A DNA stretch of 64,000 nt, from the NCBI GenBank assembly GCA_944387315.1, contig CALXEL010000053.1:2123-66122 (forward strand), read 5' to 3'. This stretch comes from an uncultured Clostridia bacterium. GTDB lineage: Bacteria; Bacillota; Clostridia; Oscillospirales; Ruminococcaceae. The notes under the pieces are model-generated. The model made no database searches. It had not been told where the DNA came from and worked only from the letters and a program-made list of their open reading frames with translations. Positions 49,748 to 59,258 of the stretch are shown one piece after another. Numbering within the stretch: position 1 is the stretch's first letter; the number at the start of each line of letters is the position of its first letter. The translations under genes and the position numbers were made by a program.

Positions 49748-50797
49748 ATGCAAGAACCATATGTATTGCAAGTAAAAGATCTCCACGTGTCCTTTAAAGG
49801 ACAATCTGGTATGGTTCGTGCCGTACGGGGAGTGGATATCAATTTGCCCAAAGGCAAAACCATTGCCATTGTCGGAGAATCCGGCTCAGGCAAAAGCGTA
49901 ACAGTAAAAGCCATTATGGGCATTCTGGCCCGAAACGCTGTCATCGACCAAGGAGAAATCTGGTACGAGGGAAAAGATCTTGTCAAAGCTACAGAAGAAG
50001 ATTTCTATCAGATCAGAGGTAAGAAAATCGGTTTGATTTTCCAAGATCCTCTTTCTTCCCTGAATCCACTGATGAAAATAGGCAAACAGATTTCTGAGGT
50101 TTTTACTGTCAACTACTCTATGAGCAAAGAAGAAGCCAAAGAAAAATCCTTAGAGTTAATGCGGGCAGTAGGAATTCCCAAAGCGGAAGAGCGATACAAT
50201 CAGTATCCCTTCCAGTTTTCGGGAGGTATGCGGCAAAGAATTGTTATTGCCATTGCGCTGGCTAACAATCCGGATATACTCATCTGTGATGAGCCCACTA
50301 CTGCTTTGGATGTAACAGTACAGGCCAAAATTCTGGATTTGATTAAACAAATTAAAGAGGAACGAGGCATTTCGGTTATCTTTATTACCCACGATTTGGG
50401 TGTTGTAGCCAATATGGCTGATGAAGTCTATGTCATGTATGCCGGCAAGGTGGTAGAGCGGGGAACCTGTGAAGAAATCTTTTTAGATCCCCGTCATCCC
50501 TACACCTGGGCGCTGCTTTCTTCCATGCCGGATCTGGAATCCAAAGATCGGCTGTTATCCATACCGGGAACACCGCCAAACATGGTCTCCCCACCCAAGG
50601 GGGATGCCTTCGCTGCCCGAAACCGGTATGCCATGCAAATTGATCTGGAAGAAGAGCCACCTATGTTTCAGGTCAGCGATACCCACTATGCCGCCACCTG
50701 GCTGCTGCACCCCAAAGCGCCTGCCTGTGAGATGCCTAAGTTTTTACAGGATAAAATTCGCAGGATGAGAGAGGAGGCCCAGCGGTATGCAAGATAA
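49748..50797 (+). CDS. Opp/Dpp-type ABC ATP-binding protein (OppD-like)
   Basis: GESGSGKS, FSGGMRQR, LICDEPTTALD and a C-terminal oligopeptide-ABC extension. Confidence 0.9.
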   Translation: MQEPYVLQVKDLHVSFKGQSGMVRAVRGVDINLPKGKTIAIVGESGSGKSVTVKAIMGILARNAVIDQGEIWYEGKDLVKATEEDFYQIRGKKIGLIFQDPLSSLNPLMKIGKQISEVFTVNYSMSKEEAKEKSLELMRAVGIPKAEERYNQYPFQFSGGMRQRIVIAIALANNPDILICDEPTTALDVTVQAKILDLIKQIKEERGISVIFITHDLGVVANMADEVYVMYAGKVVERGTCEEIFLDPRHPYTWALLSSMPDLESKDRLLSIPGTPPNMVSPPKGDAFAARNRYAMQIDLEEEPPMFQVSDTHYAATWLLHPKAPACEMPKFLQDKIRRMREEAQRYAR

Positions 50798-51737
50798 TCG
50801 GGAAGTATTGCTCAATGTAGAGGACCTGTGTATGGAATTCCGTTCCAAAAGCAGACGGGGAACCAGTGTGGTAAAGGCTATTGACCACGTCTCTTTTCAG
50901 GTTTATAAATCAGAAACATTTGGTTTGGTAGGAGAATCTGGTTGCGGCAAAACCACCACTGGTCGTGCCATCCTTCGGTTATATAACCCTACCTCTGGGA
51001 AAATAGAGCTGAAAGGCAGAGATATCAGCGGAAAAATGACCACTGAACTGCGCCAGTATATCGCTCAAAATATTTCCACTGTTTTTCAGGATCCGGTAGA
51101 GTCTCTCAATCCTCGTATGACCGTCCGGGAAATCATTTCTGAGGGTCTTGTGGTTAAAGGGATCACAGACAAGGCCGTATTGGATGAAAAGGTAAAAAAC
51201 ATCCTGGAAAAAGTCGGACTGACCATGGAACATGCCAACCGGTATCCCCATGAGTTTTCCGGCGGCCAGCGGCAAAGAATTGGTATTGCCAGAGCTATTG
51301 TGGTAAATCCCACCATGGTAATCGCGGACGAACCAGTTTCCGCTTTGGACGTATCCATTCAGGCACAGGTTATCAATCTGCTCAATGATCTCAAAGACGA
51401 ACTGGGATTGACCGTTATTTTTATCGCCCACGACCTGTCGGTCGTTAAATATTTCTCCGACCGGATTGGCGTAATGTATTTTGGCAAATTGGTGGAGCTG
51501 GCCGAATCGGATGAATTGTATCAGCATCCTTTGCACCCCTATACCAAGGCATTGCTCTCGGCTATTCCTCTGCCCAACCCTCTGATTGAAAAAGGCCGTA
51601 AAATTATTTCCTATGACCCTAAAGCTGCCCATGACTATTCGGTAGAATCACCCACAATGACTGAAATTTGTCCTGGACATTTTGTATACGCCTCCCCATC
51701 CGAGGCTGAAGCATACCGCAAAGAAAGGGGCATGTAA
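50787..51737 (+). CDS. Opp/Dpp-type ABC ATP-binding protein (OppF-like)
   Basis: [28 protein letters not shown]. Confidence 0.9.
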   Translation: MQDNREVLLNVEDLCMEFRSKSRRGTSVVKAIDHVSFQVYKSETFGLVGESGCGKTTTGRAILRLYNPTSGKIELKGRDISGKMTTELRQYIAQNISTVFQDPVESLNPRMTVREIISEGLVVKGITDKAVLDEKVKNILEKVGLTMEHANRYPHEFSGGQRQRIGIARAIVVNPTMVIADEPVSALDVSIQAQVINLLNDLKDELGLTVIFIAHDLSVVKYFSDRIGVMYFGKLVELAESDELYQHPLHPYTKALLSAIPLPNPLIEKGRKIISYDPKAAHDYSVESPTMTEICPGHFVYASPSEAEAYRKERGM

Positions 51738-51742
51738 CACCG

Positions 51743-52918
51743 ATGCTGATTGTAAAAAACTGTAACCTGATGAATATGGCCGGCATTGATAAGGAACCCT
51801 ATGATCTGGCTATGGAAAACGGTATTTTTACCCAAATTGCTCCCAATATTACACCTGGTCCCGGGGATCAGGTGGTGGATGCACAGAGCAAACTGGTAAC
51901 CCCAGGATTTATTGAACCCCACTGCCATCTGGGCATGTCCAGTCTGGACGACTCTGATATCAATGATATTACCAATCCATTGCATCCTGCCCTGCGGGCT
52001 ATTGACGCCATTGATATCCACTCTCAGGATTTTGACGACGCCTTAAAAACCGGCGTTACTACCCTGGCAGTGGGACCGGGCAGTTCCAACCTGATCGGCG
52101 GAACCTTTGCCGCCATCAAAAGCGGCGGCGCTACTGCAAAAGAGAAAATCCTCAAGGAGGAACTCTGTATCAAGATGGCCCTGGGTGAAAACCCCAAAAA
52201 TAACTATAAAAAAATGAACCGCACTCCCTCTACCCGAATGGGGGAAGCAGCTCTTATCCGAGATGCTCTCTACCGGGCCCGGGAATACCGCAACCGTTGG
52301 CTGAAACACCAGGAAAAACTTCAAGAGGGCACACCTGATGGATTTGCCTACGATCTGGGTATGCACTCTCTCATGCGGGTTTTTGATGGCTTCCCAGTAA
52401 AAATTCACGCCCACACCGAAGGCGATATCCGTATGGCCATTCGTATCATCCAGGAGTTCCAGCTCAATGGTTCCATTGAACACTGTACCGAAGGTCAATT
52501 TATGACCGATGAGCTTCTGGCAGCCGGAATCCCTGTTATCATTGGGCCGACGGTAGGCGGTAAGAGTAAACTGGAATTGGGACGCAAACAATTGGAGACT
52601 CCTGGAATTCTTGAGCGGGCAGGTGTTTTCTTCTCACTGACCACCGATTCGGGTGTAATTCCCATTACCCAGCTGCTGATGCAGGTCTCTGTTCTCATTG
52701 CCCATGGCTTAAGCGAAGAAACCGCTTACAAGTGTGTTACTATCCGCGCGGCAAAGGTCCTGGGGCTGGATGACCGGCTGGGCAGTATTGAAGTGGGAAA
52801 AGACGCCGATCTGGTTATCTGGAACTATCCTCCTTTTACCACCCAGGCACAAGCAGGTGTGGTAATTATCGGCGGTACTGTGCAATATCAGGCCAAACCT
52901 GAAACTACAAACGTGTAA
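51743..52918 (+). CDS. Amidohydrolase-superfamily metallohydrolase (ligand set intact)
   Basis: PGFIEPHCHLG (HxH), IKMALG (Lys), KIHAHTEG, IEHCTEG, LTTDSG (Asp), GKDADLVIW tail. Confidence 0.75.
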   Translation: MLIVKNCNLMNMAGIDKEPYDLAMENGIFTQIAPNITPGPGDQVVDAQSKLVTPGFIEPHCHLGMSSLDDSDINDITNPLHPALRAIDAIDIHSQDFDDALKTGVTTLAVGPGSSNLIGGTFAAIKSGGATAKEKILKEELCIKMALGENPKNNYKKMNRTPSTRMGEAALIRDALYRAREYRNRWLKHQEKLQEGTPDGFAYDLGMHSLMRVFDGFPVKIHAHTEGDIRMAIRIIQEFQLNGSIEHCTEGQFMTDELLAAGIPVIIGPTVGGKSKLELGRKQLETPGILERAGVFFSLTTDSGVIPITQLLMQVSVLIAHGLSEETAYKCVTIRAAKVLGLDDRLGSIEVGKDADLVIWNYPPFTTQAQAGVVIIGGTVQYQAKPETTNV

Positions 52919-52943
52919 TCTGTACAGAGGGGGGAGCAACCAG

Positions 52944-54077
52944 ATGCTTATTAAAAACTGCAATTTAATTGATATGGAAAATATCTTTAAAGAGATTCGC
53001 GATATTCGCCTGAAGGCGGGTAAAATTGTGGAAGTGGGAGAAAATCTCATTCCCGAACCAGAGGAAGAGATTTTAGACGCTGAAGGAAAATTGGTGACAC
53101 CAGGATTGGTGGAGCTCCACAGCCAAGTGGGAACACGCAGTCAGGTACACCGTTTTGACCTGGCAGATTCAGAGGACGCTGATCCTGCAGCTCCTAGCTT
53201 GCGGGCTTTAGATGCCATTAATTTTCAGGATGCAGCTTTTGAGATGGCAACCAATGCCGGTGTCACAACTTTGGTATGTGGGCCATCCATCGCCAATGTA
53301 ATCGGTGGAACCTGTGCGGCGGTAAAAACTGCTGGTGAAAACATTCCTGAGCGAATTCTGTCAGAGGAGGTCTGTTATCAATTTTCGCTGGCCAACGCGG
53401 TACGCAAAAAATTCGCACCCTTAAAAAAGCTGCCCACTACAAGAATGGGGTCCGCCGCAGTTTTACGGGACTATCTCACCAAAGCCAGAGAATATCACCG
53501 GAAAGCACAAACCGGTGTAACCCAGGATTATAATTTGGAAATGGCCTCATTGGCCCGGGTATTGGATGGCATGCCAGTGGAGATTGTAGCTACCCGTTCC
53601 AACGATATGGAAACTGCTATTCGGATTGCTGAGGAATTTGGCCTGCGCTATATCCTTACATCAGCTCTGGATGCAGCTATTGTCTGCAAAGACTTGGAGC
53701 GCAAGGATCTACCCTTAGCAGTAGGCCCTCTCTACGGTCACAACAACAGCGTAGAAAGCCGTAACCGTAGCCTCTCTTTGGCCCATGAGCTAGATCAGCA
53801 GGGTATTGAATTTGCTTTGACAACCGGTCATCCCGCTATGAATATTGAAATGGCCGCCCTTCACCTGGCCATGATCCATCAGAAAGGATTCAGTCAACAA
53901 AAAGCACTGCGGGCTGTCACAATTCTGCCAGCGAAAATGTTGGGGCTTGATGACAGAATTGGCAGTATTGCTCCTGGCAAAGACGCAGATCTGGTTATCT
54001 GGCAAGGGGATCCTTTTGATTACTATGCTAAAGTTGCCCATCTCATTGTAAATGGGCAAATTTATACCCATTCATAA
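52944..54077 (+). CDS. Amidohydrolase-like paralogue lacking most metal ligands (probable pseudoenzyme)
   Basis: Collinear with the upstream paralogue, but HxH becomes HSQ, K becomes Q, HAH becomes VAT, EHC becomes LTS, and TTD becomes TTG. Confidence 0.7.
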   Translation: MLIKNCNLIDMENIFKEIRDIRLKAGKIVEVGENLIPEPEEEILDAEGKLVTPGLVELHSQVGTRSQVHRFDLADSEDADPAAPSLRALDAINFQDAAFEMATNAGVTTLVCGPSIANVIGGTCAAVKTAGENIPERILSEEVCYQFSLANAVRKKFAPLKKLPTTRMGSAAVLRDYLTKAREYHRKAQTGVTQDYNLEMASLARVLDGMPVEIVATRSNDMETAIRIAEEFGLRYILTSALDAAIVCKDLERKDLPLAVGPLYGHNNSVESRNRSLSLAHELDQQGIEFALTTGHPAMNIEMAALHLAMIHQKGFSQQKALRAVTILPAKMLGLDDRIGSIAPGKDADLVIWQGDPFDYYAKVAHLIVNGQIYTHS

Positions 54078-54078
54078 T

Positions 54079-54124
54079 AAAAGCCTGCCGGCCCTTCTCA
54101 CCTCAGGGCCGGCAGGCTTTTTTA
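54079..54124. terminator. Bidirectional terminator (opp-amidohydrolase operon / LysR gene)
   Basis: aaaagcctgccggccct ... agggccggcaggctttt. Confidence 0.85.
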
Positions 54125-54140
54125 TGGATTTCCAATAGCC

Positions 54141-55016
54141 TTATTTTGAAAAATATTCCTCACATATTTCCTTAAATGCCTCAACAGATGGGTTGCTGAT
54201 TTTAGCGTCACATACTGTAACAAATCGCGGCGCCAATGGTACCTCCAAAACGTCCTCCATTCTCAGATCCCCAGGCAGAGACTCTCGAATAAAAGGTGGC
54301 TGCAGAGATATGCCTATACCCGCCTGAAGATACGCATACTGAGCCTGTAAAAAATTGGCTTCATAATAACCATCAATATCCAGTCTATTGTCAGTACAGT
54401 ACCGCCGAATCTCATCCAAATCATTATTATAATTGGTAATAACAATTTGATGTTCCAAAGTGGCTTGTTTGTTTCGAGGTAGATTCCAGAAAGGATGATC
54501 TTTATGGGCTACCACCTGCCAAGGCTGCCGATAAATAGTGCTGACATTCATAGCATTCATTTCAGGAGTACATCGTTCGGTACAAACCCCAAAATCAATG
54601 GACATATGCCGGAACCGGGAGGTGAGTATTTTATAGGTATATGACATAATGTTGACCGCCATTTCCGGATAGCGGTCGTGCAGGATTTTCAGTGGCTTTT
54701 GAATTAACAAGTGCTCCACTGGTCCCAAACCAATCCGCAGCAAGGGCGCCAGCTCCTGACTGCACCGGCGGCAGTTATAGATAATATTGTCGTGGGTATC
54801 CAAAAAACTGTGAACACAATCTAGTAAATAATATCCGGCCGCAGTCAAAGTAACTCCATTTTTCCCGCGAATAAAAAGAGGTGTTCCTATTTCTTCTTCC
54901 AAAGAAGCAATCTGCCGACTGAAAGAAGCTTGGGTAATATGGCAATCCAATGCGGCCTTACTGAAATTAAGATGGTTAGCCGCGCTAATAAAATATCTCA
55001 GTGCCGTTTGATTCAT
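54141..55016 (-). CDS. LysR-family transcriptional regulator
   Basis: LRYFISAANHLNFSKAALDCHITQASFSRQIASLEEE HTH plus a substrate-binding domain. Start trimmed to MNQTAL. Confidence 0.85.
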   Translation of the reverse strand: MNQTALRYFISAANHLNFSKAALDCHITQASFSRQIASLEEEIGTPLFIRGKNGVTLTAAGYYLLDCVHSFLDTHDNIIYNCRRCSQELAPLLRIGLGPVEHLLIQKPLKILHDRYPEMAVNIMSYTYKILTSRFRHMSIDFGVCTERCTPEMNAMNVSTIYRQPWQVVAHKDHPFWNLPRNKQATLEHQIVITNYNNDLDEIRRYCTDNRLDIDGYYEANFLQAQYAYLQAGIGISLQPPFIRESLPGDLRMEDVLEVPLAPRFVTVCDAKISNPSVEAFKEICEEYFSK

Positions 55017-55032
55017 CAGGTTACCCCCCACT

Positions 55033-55053
55033 TTATTAATTCCCTCTAAATAA
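55033..55053. promoter_or_regulatory. LysR-type T-N11-A box
   Basis: TTATT-N11-AATAA inverted repeat just upstream of the LysR gene RBS. Confidence 0.35.
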
Positions 55054-55149
55054 GTATGATATTAGTATAGCATAAAAATAAGAATTTGAACATTGTATTT
55101 TTGTTTCGTTTGCCAAAGATTTTTATTGTCACTATACCTGTTATGTACC

Positions 55150-55178
55150 TTGACGCTGCCTTTCTCTATGGTTATACT
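55150..55178 (+). promoter_or_regulatory. Promoter of the AIM24-family gene
   Basis: TTGACG-N17-TATACT. Confidence 0.55.
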
Positions 55179-55201
55179 GAAAGAAAAAAGGAGGCGCTGT
55201 T

Positions 55202-55882
55202 ATGAAATATTCTATTGAGGGTACCCCACTTCCCGTAGCAATCTGTTCTTTGGAACCTGGTGAGAGTATGATTACTGAACGGGGCTCCATGGCCTGGATG
55301 AGTCCCAACATGAAGATGGAAACCACCAGCGGCGGTGGGGTAGGCAAAGCTCTGGGCCGGATGTTTGCCGGTGAGACTCTGTTTCAGAACCGGTATACCG
55401 CCATGGGAGGACCTGGCACTATTGCGTTCGCTTCCAGTTTTCCTGGTTCTATTCTTCCCTTTACCATCACCCCTGGTCAGGGTATGATTGTACAAAAATC
55501 TGGATTTCTGGCCTCGGAAGCCGGTGTTTCCCTTTCAGTCTATCTCCAGCGGAAATTCAGCTCCGGCCTGTTTGGCGGCGAAGGTTTTATCATGCAGCGC
55601 CTTTCAGGGGAAGGTATTGCCTTCATTGAGATTGATGGCCATGTGAAAGAATATGATCTGGCTGCCGGTGAATCCCTGATTGTAGATACCGGCTATCTGG
55701 CTGCCATGACTGAGAGCTGTTCCATGGAAATTGTCACAGTACCAGGGGTTAAAAACATGCTATTTGGCGGCGAGGGAATTTTCAACACTGTGGTAAAGGG
55801 ACCGGGGAAAATCTATCTCCAAACCCTGCCCATCAGCGCGGTTGCTGGTTCCCTGCGACCCTTTTTCCCTGCTGGCAAATAA
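55202..55882 (+). CDS. TIGR00266/AIM24 (DUF124) family protein
   Basis: L..GE....E.G.M.WMS.......T..GG, FGGEG..M..L.G.G and GGEG.F......GPG...LQ repeats are typical of the family. Confidence 0.75.
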   Translation: MKYSIEGTPLPVAICSLEPGESMITERGSMAWMSPNMKMETTSGGGVGKALGRMFAGETLFQNRYTAMGGPGTIAFASSFPGSILPFTITPGQGMIVQKSGFLASEAGVSLSVYLQRKFSSGLFGGEGFIMQRLSGEGIAFIEIDGHVKEYDLAAGESLIVDTGYLAAMTESCSMEIVTVPGVKNMLFGGEGIFNTVVKGPGKIYLQTLPISAVAGSLRPFFPAGK

Positions 55883-55890
55883 CGCTACAT

Positions 55891-55926
55891 AAAAAAAACG
55901 CTTCCCTTGAGAGGGAAGCGTTTTTT
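55891..55926. terminator. Bidirectional terminator (AIM24 gene / pflA)
   Basis: cgcttccct-tgag-agggaagcg, flanked by A8 and T6. Confidence 0.85.
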
Positions 55927-55927
55927 A

Positions 55928-56635
55928 TTACAGCAGTTCATAAAGCTTGGCTGTTTTTTCTCCCGACATTTCCGGGGTATCTGCCAGCGGGAAGGGAATC
56001 CCCATCATCTGGTACTTTTCCAAACAGAGCTTACGAAAGGGCAACAGTTCAATTTTTTCCAGGTTGGGATACCCCTTGGCCAGGGCTCCAATCTGCCGGA
56101 TGGAATTCTCCCCGTCGGTGAGGCCGGGCACCACCACATGGCGAATCCAGAGAGGCACCTTCATCTGAGCAGTCAGCTCCAAAAAGGATTGCACCTGGGC
56201 TAAACTGCCGCCGGTATGGGCTCGGTATCCCTCCTCGGTGGGGAATTTCAGGTCAGCCAACACCAGATTGGTGTGAGCCAGCACCTGCCGAGCCTCTGCC
56301 AGGCTGCCCATACCGGAGGTATCCAAAGCGGTGTGGATACCCAGCTCCTGCAGCCGGGCAAAGAGAGCCGCGGTAAAAGCCGGCTGAGCCAACGGCTCGC
56401 CGCCGGTGACTGTCACCCCGCCCTGGGCCCCAAAGTAACCCCGGTACCGAAGAATCTTCTCCACCACCTGGGAGACAGTATACGGCTGGCCGCACCCGAA
56501 GTCCCAGGTGTCTGGATTGTGGCAGTAGGCGCAGCGCAGAGGACAGCCCTGCAAAAAGACCACATACCGCAGCCCCGGGCCATCCACCGCCCCCATGGAC
56601 TGAAAGGAATGAATCTTACCGGTCTGTTCTTCCAT
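55928..56635 (-). CDS. pflA: Pyruvate formate-lyase activating enzyme (radical SAM)
   Basis: CPLRCAYCHNPDTW CxxxCxxC motif, GGVT.TGGEP, located immediately downstream of pflB. Confidence 0.9.
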   Translation of the reverse strand: MEEQTGKIHSFQSMGAVDGPGLRYVVFLQGCPLRCAYCHNPDTWDFGCGQPYTVSQVVEKILRYRGYFGAQGGVTVTGGEPLAQPAFTAALFARLQELGIHTALDTSGMGSLAEARQVLAHTNLVLADLKFPTEEGYRAHTGGSLAQVQSFLELTAQMKVPLWIRHVVVPGLTDGENSIRQIGALAKGYPNLEKIELLPFRKLCLEKYQMMGIPFPLADTPEMSGEKTAKLYELL

Positions 56636-56637
56636 GG

Positions 56638-58884
56638 TTACACCGCCTCGTGGAAGGTACGGGAGATAACCTCCCGCTGCTGCTCCCGGCTCAGTTTGTG
56701 GAAGTTGACCGCGTAGCCGGACACCCGAATGGTCAGGTTGGGATAGAGGTCAGGGTTGTTATAGGCGTCAATGAGAGTCTGGCGGTTGAGGACGTTGACA
56801 TTGAGATGGTGGGCGTTCTGGCCAAAGTAGCCGTCCAGAATGTTCACCAGGTTGCTCACCCTCTCGGTCTCGGTCTTGCCCAGGGCGTCGGGCACAATGG
56901 AGAAGGTGTTGGAAATGCCGTCCTTACAGATGGAGTAGGGGATTTTAGCCACCGAATTGAGAGCTGCCAGGGCGCCGTTTTTCTCCCGGCCATGCATGGG
57001 GTTGGCGCCGGGGGCAAAGGGCTGGCCAGCTTTCCGCCCATCGGGGGTGGAACCAGTCTTTTTGCCGTAGACCACATTGGAGGTGATGGTGAGGATCGAG
57101 AGGGTGTGCTCGGCATCCCGGTAGAGGGGGTGCTTACAGAGCTCCCGGAAGAAGAGCTCCACCTGCTCCTTGGCGATACTGTCCACCCGGTCATCATCGT
57201 TGCCGAAGGCGGGGTACTCTCCCTCAATCTCAAAGTCCTTGGTAAGGCCGGTCTCAGGATCCCGGATGCAGCGGACCTTGGCGTATTTGATGGCCGAAAG
57301 GGAATCGGCCAGTACGCTCATACCGGCTGCGCCAAAGGACATATACCGGTGGACATCGGTGTCGTGGAGGGCCATCTGGGTCTTTTCATAGGCGTATTTA
57401 TCGTGCATGTAGTGGATCATATTCATGGTGTTGGCGTACACCTTGGCCAGCCAGGGCCGGTAGAAATCCATCAGCTCCAGCACCTTGTCATAGTCCAGAT
57501 ACTCTCCCTCATAGGGGGCGTGTACCGGGCCCACCTGGACGTTCTTCATCTCGTCCCGGCCGCCGTTGAGGGACAGCAGCAGCAGTTTGGCCAGGTTAGC
57601 TCTGGCGCCAAAGAACTGCATCTCCTTGCCCACCCGCATAGCCGAAACACAGCAGGCGATGGCGTAGTCATCCCCAAAAATGGGACGCATCAGGTCGTCG
57701 TTCTCATACTGGATGGAATCGGTCTCGCAGGACACCTTGGCACAGTAGCGCTGGAAGGCCTCAGGCAGCTTCTGGCTCCACAGGACGGTCAGGTTGGGCT
57801 CGGGAGCCGCTCCCAGGTTGTACAGGGTGTGGAGCATCCGGTAGGAGCTCTTGGTCACCAGAGGACGGCCGTCCTCTCCCATGCCGCCCACCGACTCGGT
57901 GATCCACATGGGGTCGCCGCCGAAGAGCTCATTGTATTCGGGGGTGCGCAGATGGCGGGCCATCCGCAGCTTCATTACAAAGTCGTCCAGAATCTCCTGG
58001 GCCCCCTCCTCGGTGAGAAGCCCCTGTGCCAGATCCCGCTCAAAATAGATGTCCAGGAAGGTAGACACCCGGCCCAGGCTCATGGCAGCGCCGTTCTGCT
58101 CCTTGATGGCTCCCAGGTAACCGAAGTAGGTCCACTGTACCGCCTCCTTGGCGTTGGTGGCGGGGCCGGAGATGTCACAGCCGTACATGGCGGCCATCTC
58201 CTTGAGTTTTCCCAGGAAATTAATCTGCTGGAACAGCTCCTCCTGCTGGCGGATGGTATCTACATTCATAGGCAGGAAGCTGCGCTCCCGTTTATCTTTC
58301 TGTTTTTCCTCAATGAGCCGGTCGATGCCATACAGGGCCACCCGGCGGTAGTCGCCGATGATCCGGCCCCGGCCATAGGCATCGGGCAGTCCAGTGATGA
58401 GGCCGCAGTGGCGGGCGGCGCGAGTTTCCTCCCCGTAGACCCTAAATACCCCGTCGTTGTGGGTGGTACGGTACTGGAACTCGTCCTCCACCTTCCGGGA
58501 GAGTTCATAGCCATAGGCCTTGCAGGCCTCCCGGGTCATCCGCAGGCCGCCAAAGGGATTGACGCCTCGTTTCAGGGGGCGGTCGGTTTGCAGCCCTACG
58601 ATGATCTCTTTTTCCTTGTCCAGATAACCTGGTTTATAGTTGAGGAGAGAGGAAACGGTGTTGGTGTCAATATCCAGTACCCCGCCGAACTCCTGCTCCA
58701 GTTTCATCAGATTTTCCAGCTTGTGCATCAGCTCTTTGGTCCGGGGGGTGGGGCCGGACAAAAAGGACTCATCCCCAGTGTAGGGGTGGTAGTTCTGCTG
58801 GATAAAGTCCCGCAGGTTGATTTCCTCCTGCCATTTTCCTGGTACAAATCCCTGCCAGGCGGTTTGATTGATGGTTTGGCTCAT
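56638..58884 (-). CDS. pflB: Formate C-acetyltransferase (pyruvate formate-lyase)
   Basis: Glycyl-radical motif RVSGYAV near the C-terminus and an active-site ACCVS. 748 aa after trimming the start to [10 protein letters not shown], which has an aaggag RBS. Confidence 0.95.
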   Translation of the reverse strand: MSQTINQTAWQGFVPGKWQEEINLRDFIQQNYHPYTGDESFLSGPTPRTKELMHKLENLMKLEQEFGGVLDIDTNTVSSLLNYKPGYLDKEKEIIVGLQTDRPLKRGVNPFGGLRMTREACKAYGYELSRKVEDEFQYRTTHNDGVFRVYGEETRAARHCGLITGLPDAYGRGRIIGDYRRVALYGIDRLIEEKQKDKRERSFLPMNVDTIRQQEELFQQINFLGKLKEMAAMYGCDISGPATNAKEAVQWTYFGYLGAIKEQNGAAMSLGRVSTFLDIYFERDLAQGLLTEEGAQEILDDFVMKLRMARHLRTPEYNELFGGDPMWITESVGGMGEDGRPLVTKSSYRMLHTLYNLGAAPEPNLTVLWSQKLPEAFQRYCAKVSCETDSIQYENDDLMRPIFGDDYAIACCVSAMRVGKEMQFFGARANLAKLLLLSLNGGRDEMKNVQVGPVHAPYEGEYLDYDKVLELMDFYRPWLAKVYANTMNMIHYMHDKYAYEKTQMALHDTDVHRYMSFGAAGMSVLADSLSAIKYAKVRCIRDPETGLTKDFEIEGEYPAFGNDDDRVDSIAKEQVELFFRELCKHPLYRDAEHTLSILTITSNVVYGKKTGSTPDGRKAGQPFAPGANPMHGREKNGALAALNSVAKIPYSICKDGISNTFSIVPDALGKTETERVSNLVNILDGYFGQNAHHLNVNVLNRQTLIDAYNNPDLYPNLTIRVSGYAVNFHKLSREQQREVISRTFHEAV

Positions 58885-58949
58885 GGTAGGTTCTCTCCTT
58901 CTCGGTTTCCAAAAACATCCCATCGGGAAAGAAGCTGGCTGCCCTTTTG

Positions 58950-59062
58950 TGAAAATACAAAAGGGCAGCATCGTATCTTTCACGATGCTGCCCAGACGGT
59001 CGGCATTTGTCGGCGCTTCAATCCCCTGTGGTTTCCCACCAATTCCGTCAGTAATGAAGGCC
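58950..59062 (-). ncRNA. ZTP (pfl-motif) riboswitch with a terminator expression platform, in the pflB leader
   Basis: The RNA reads CUUCAUUACUGACGGAAUUGGUGGGAAACCACAGGGGAUUGAAG...AUGCCGACCGUCUGGGCAG. This matches both conserved pfl-motif blocks, with a compensatory GACGG:CCGUC pseudoknot. The 3' GGGCA also begins the terminator stem GGGCAGCAUCGU/ACGAUGCUGCCC, which is followed by a U-run. Confidence 0.75.
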
Positions 59063-59079
59063 CTATCAATTGTGTTTTC

Positions 59080-59109
59080 ATTTTACTCGCTTTCTCACAG
59101 CCTTGTCAA
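59080..59109 (-). promoter_or_regulatory. pflB promoter
   Basis: Minus strand reads TTGACA-N18-TAAAAT, about 15 nt upstream of the riboswitch. Confidence 0.55.
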
Positions 59110-59200
59110 GGCAAAGAGAAAAACTTTAGCGAAATAAATCAAAACCTCTCATTCTGCCTTGGGAATCTTTGTGATTTTGTTCCATTTTTTCTGCTGGACC

Positions 59201-59238
59201 CAAAAAAGAAAAGACGGCTTGGAAATGAGCCGTCTTTT
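59201..59238 (-). terminator. Terminator of the second peptide ABC operon
   Basis: AAAAGACGGCU-loop-AGCCGUCUUUU followed by CUUUUUU on the minus strand. Confidence 0.85.
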
Positions 59239-59258
59239 CAAAAAGCAGAAGGAAAAGG

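Noticed and set aside
59161-59200. TTGTGATTTTGTTCCA upstream of the pflB promoter as a possible Rex/FNR-type site
   Set aside because: Only the left half resembles TTGTGAA. The right half matches 3 of 7 positions, so it is not convincing.
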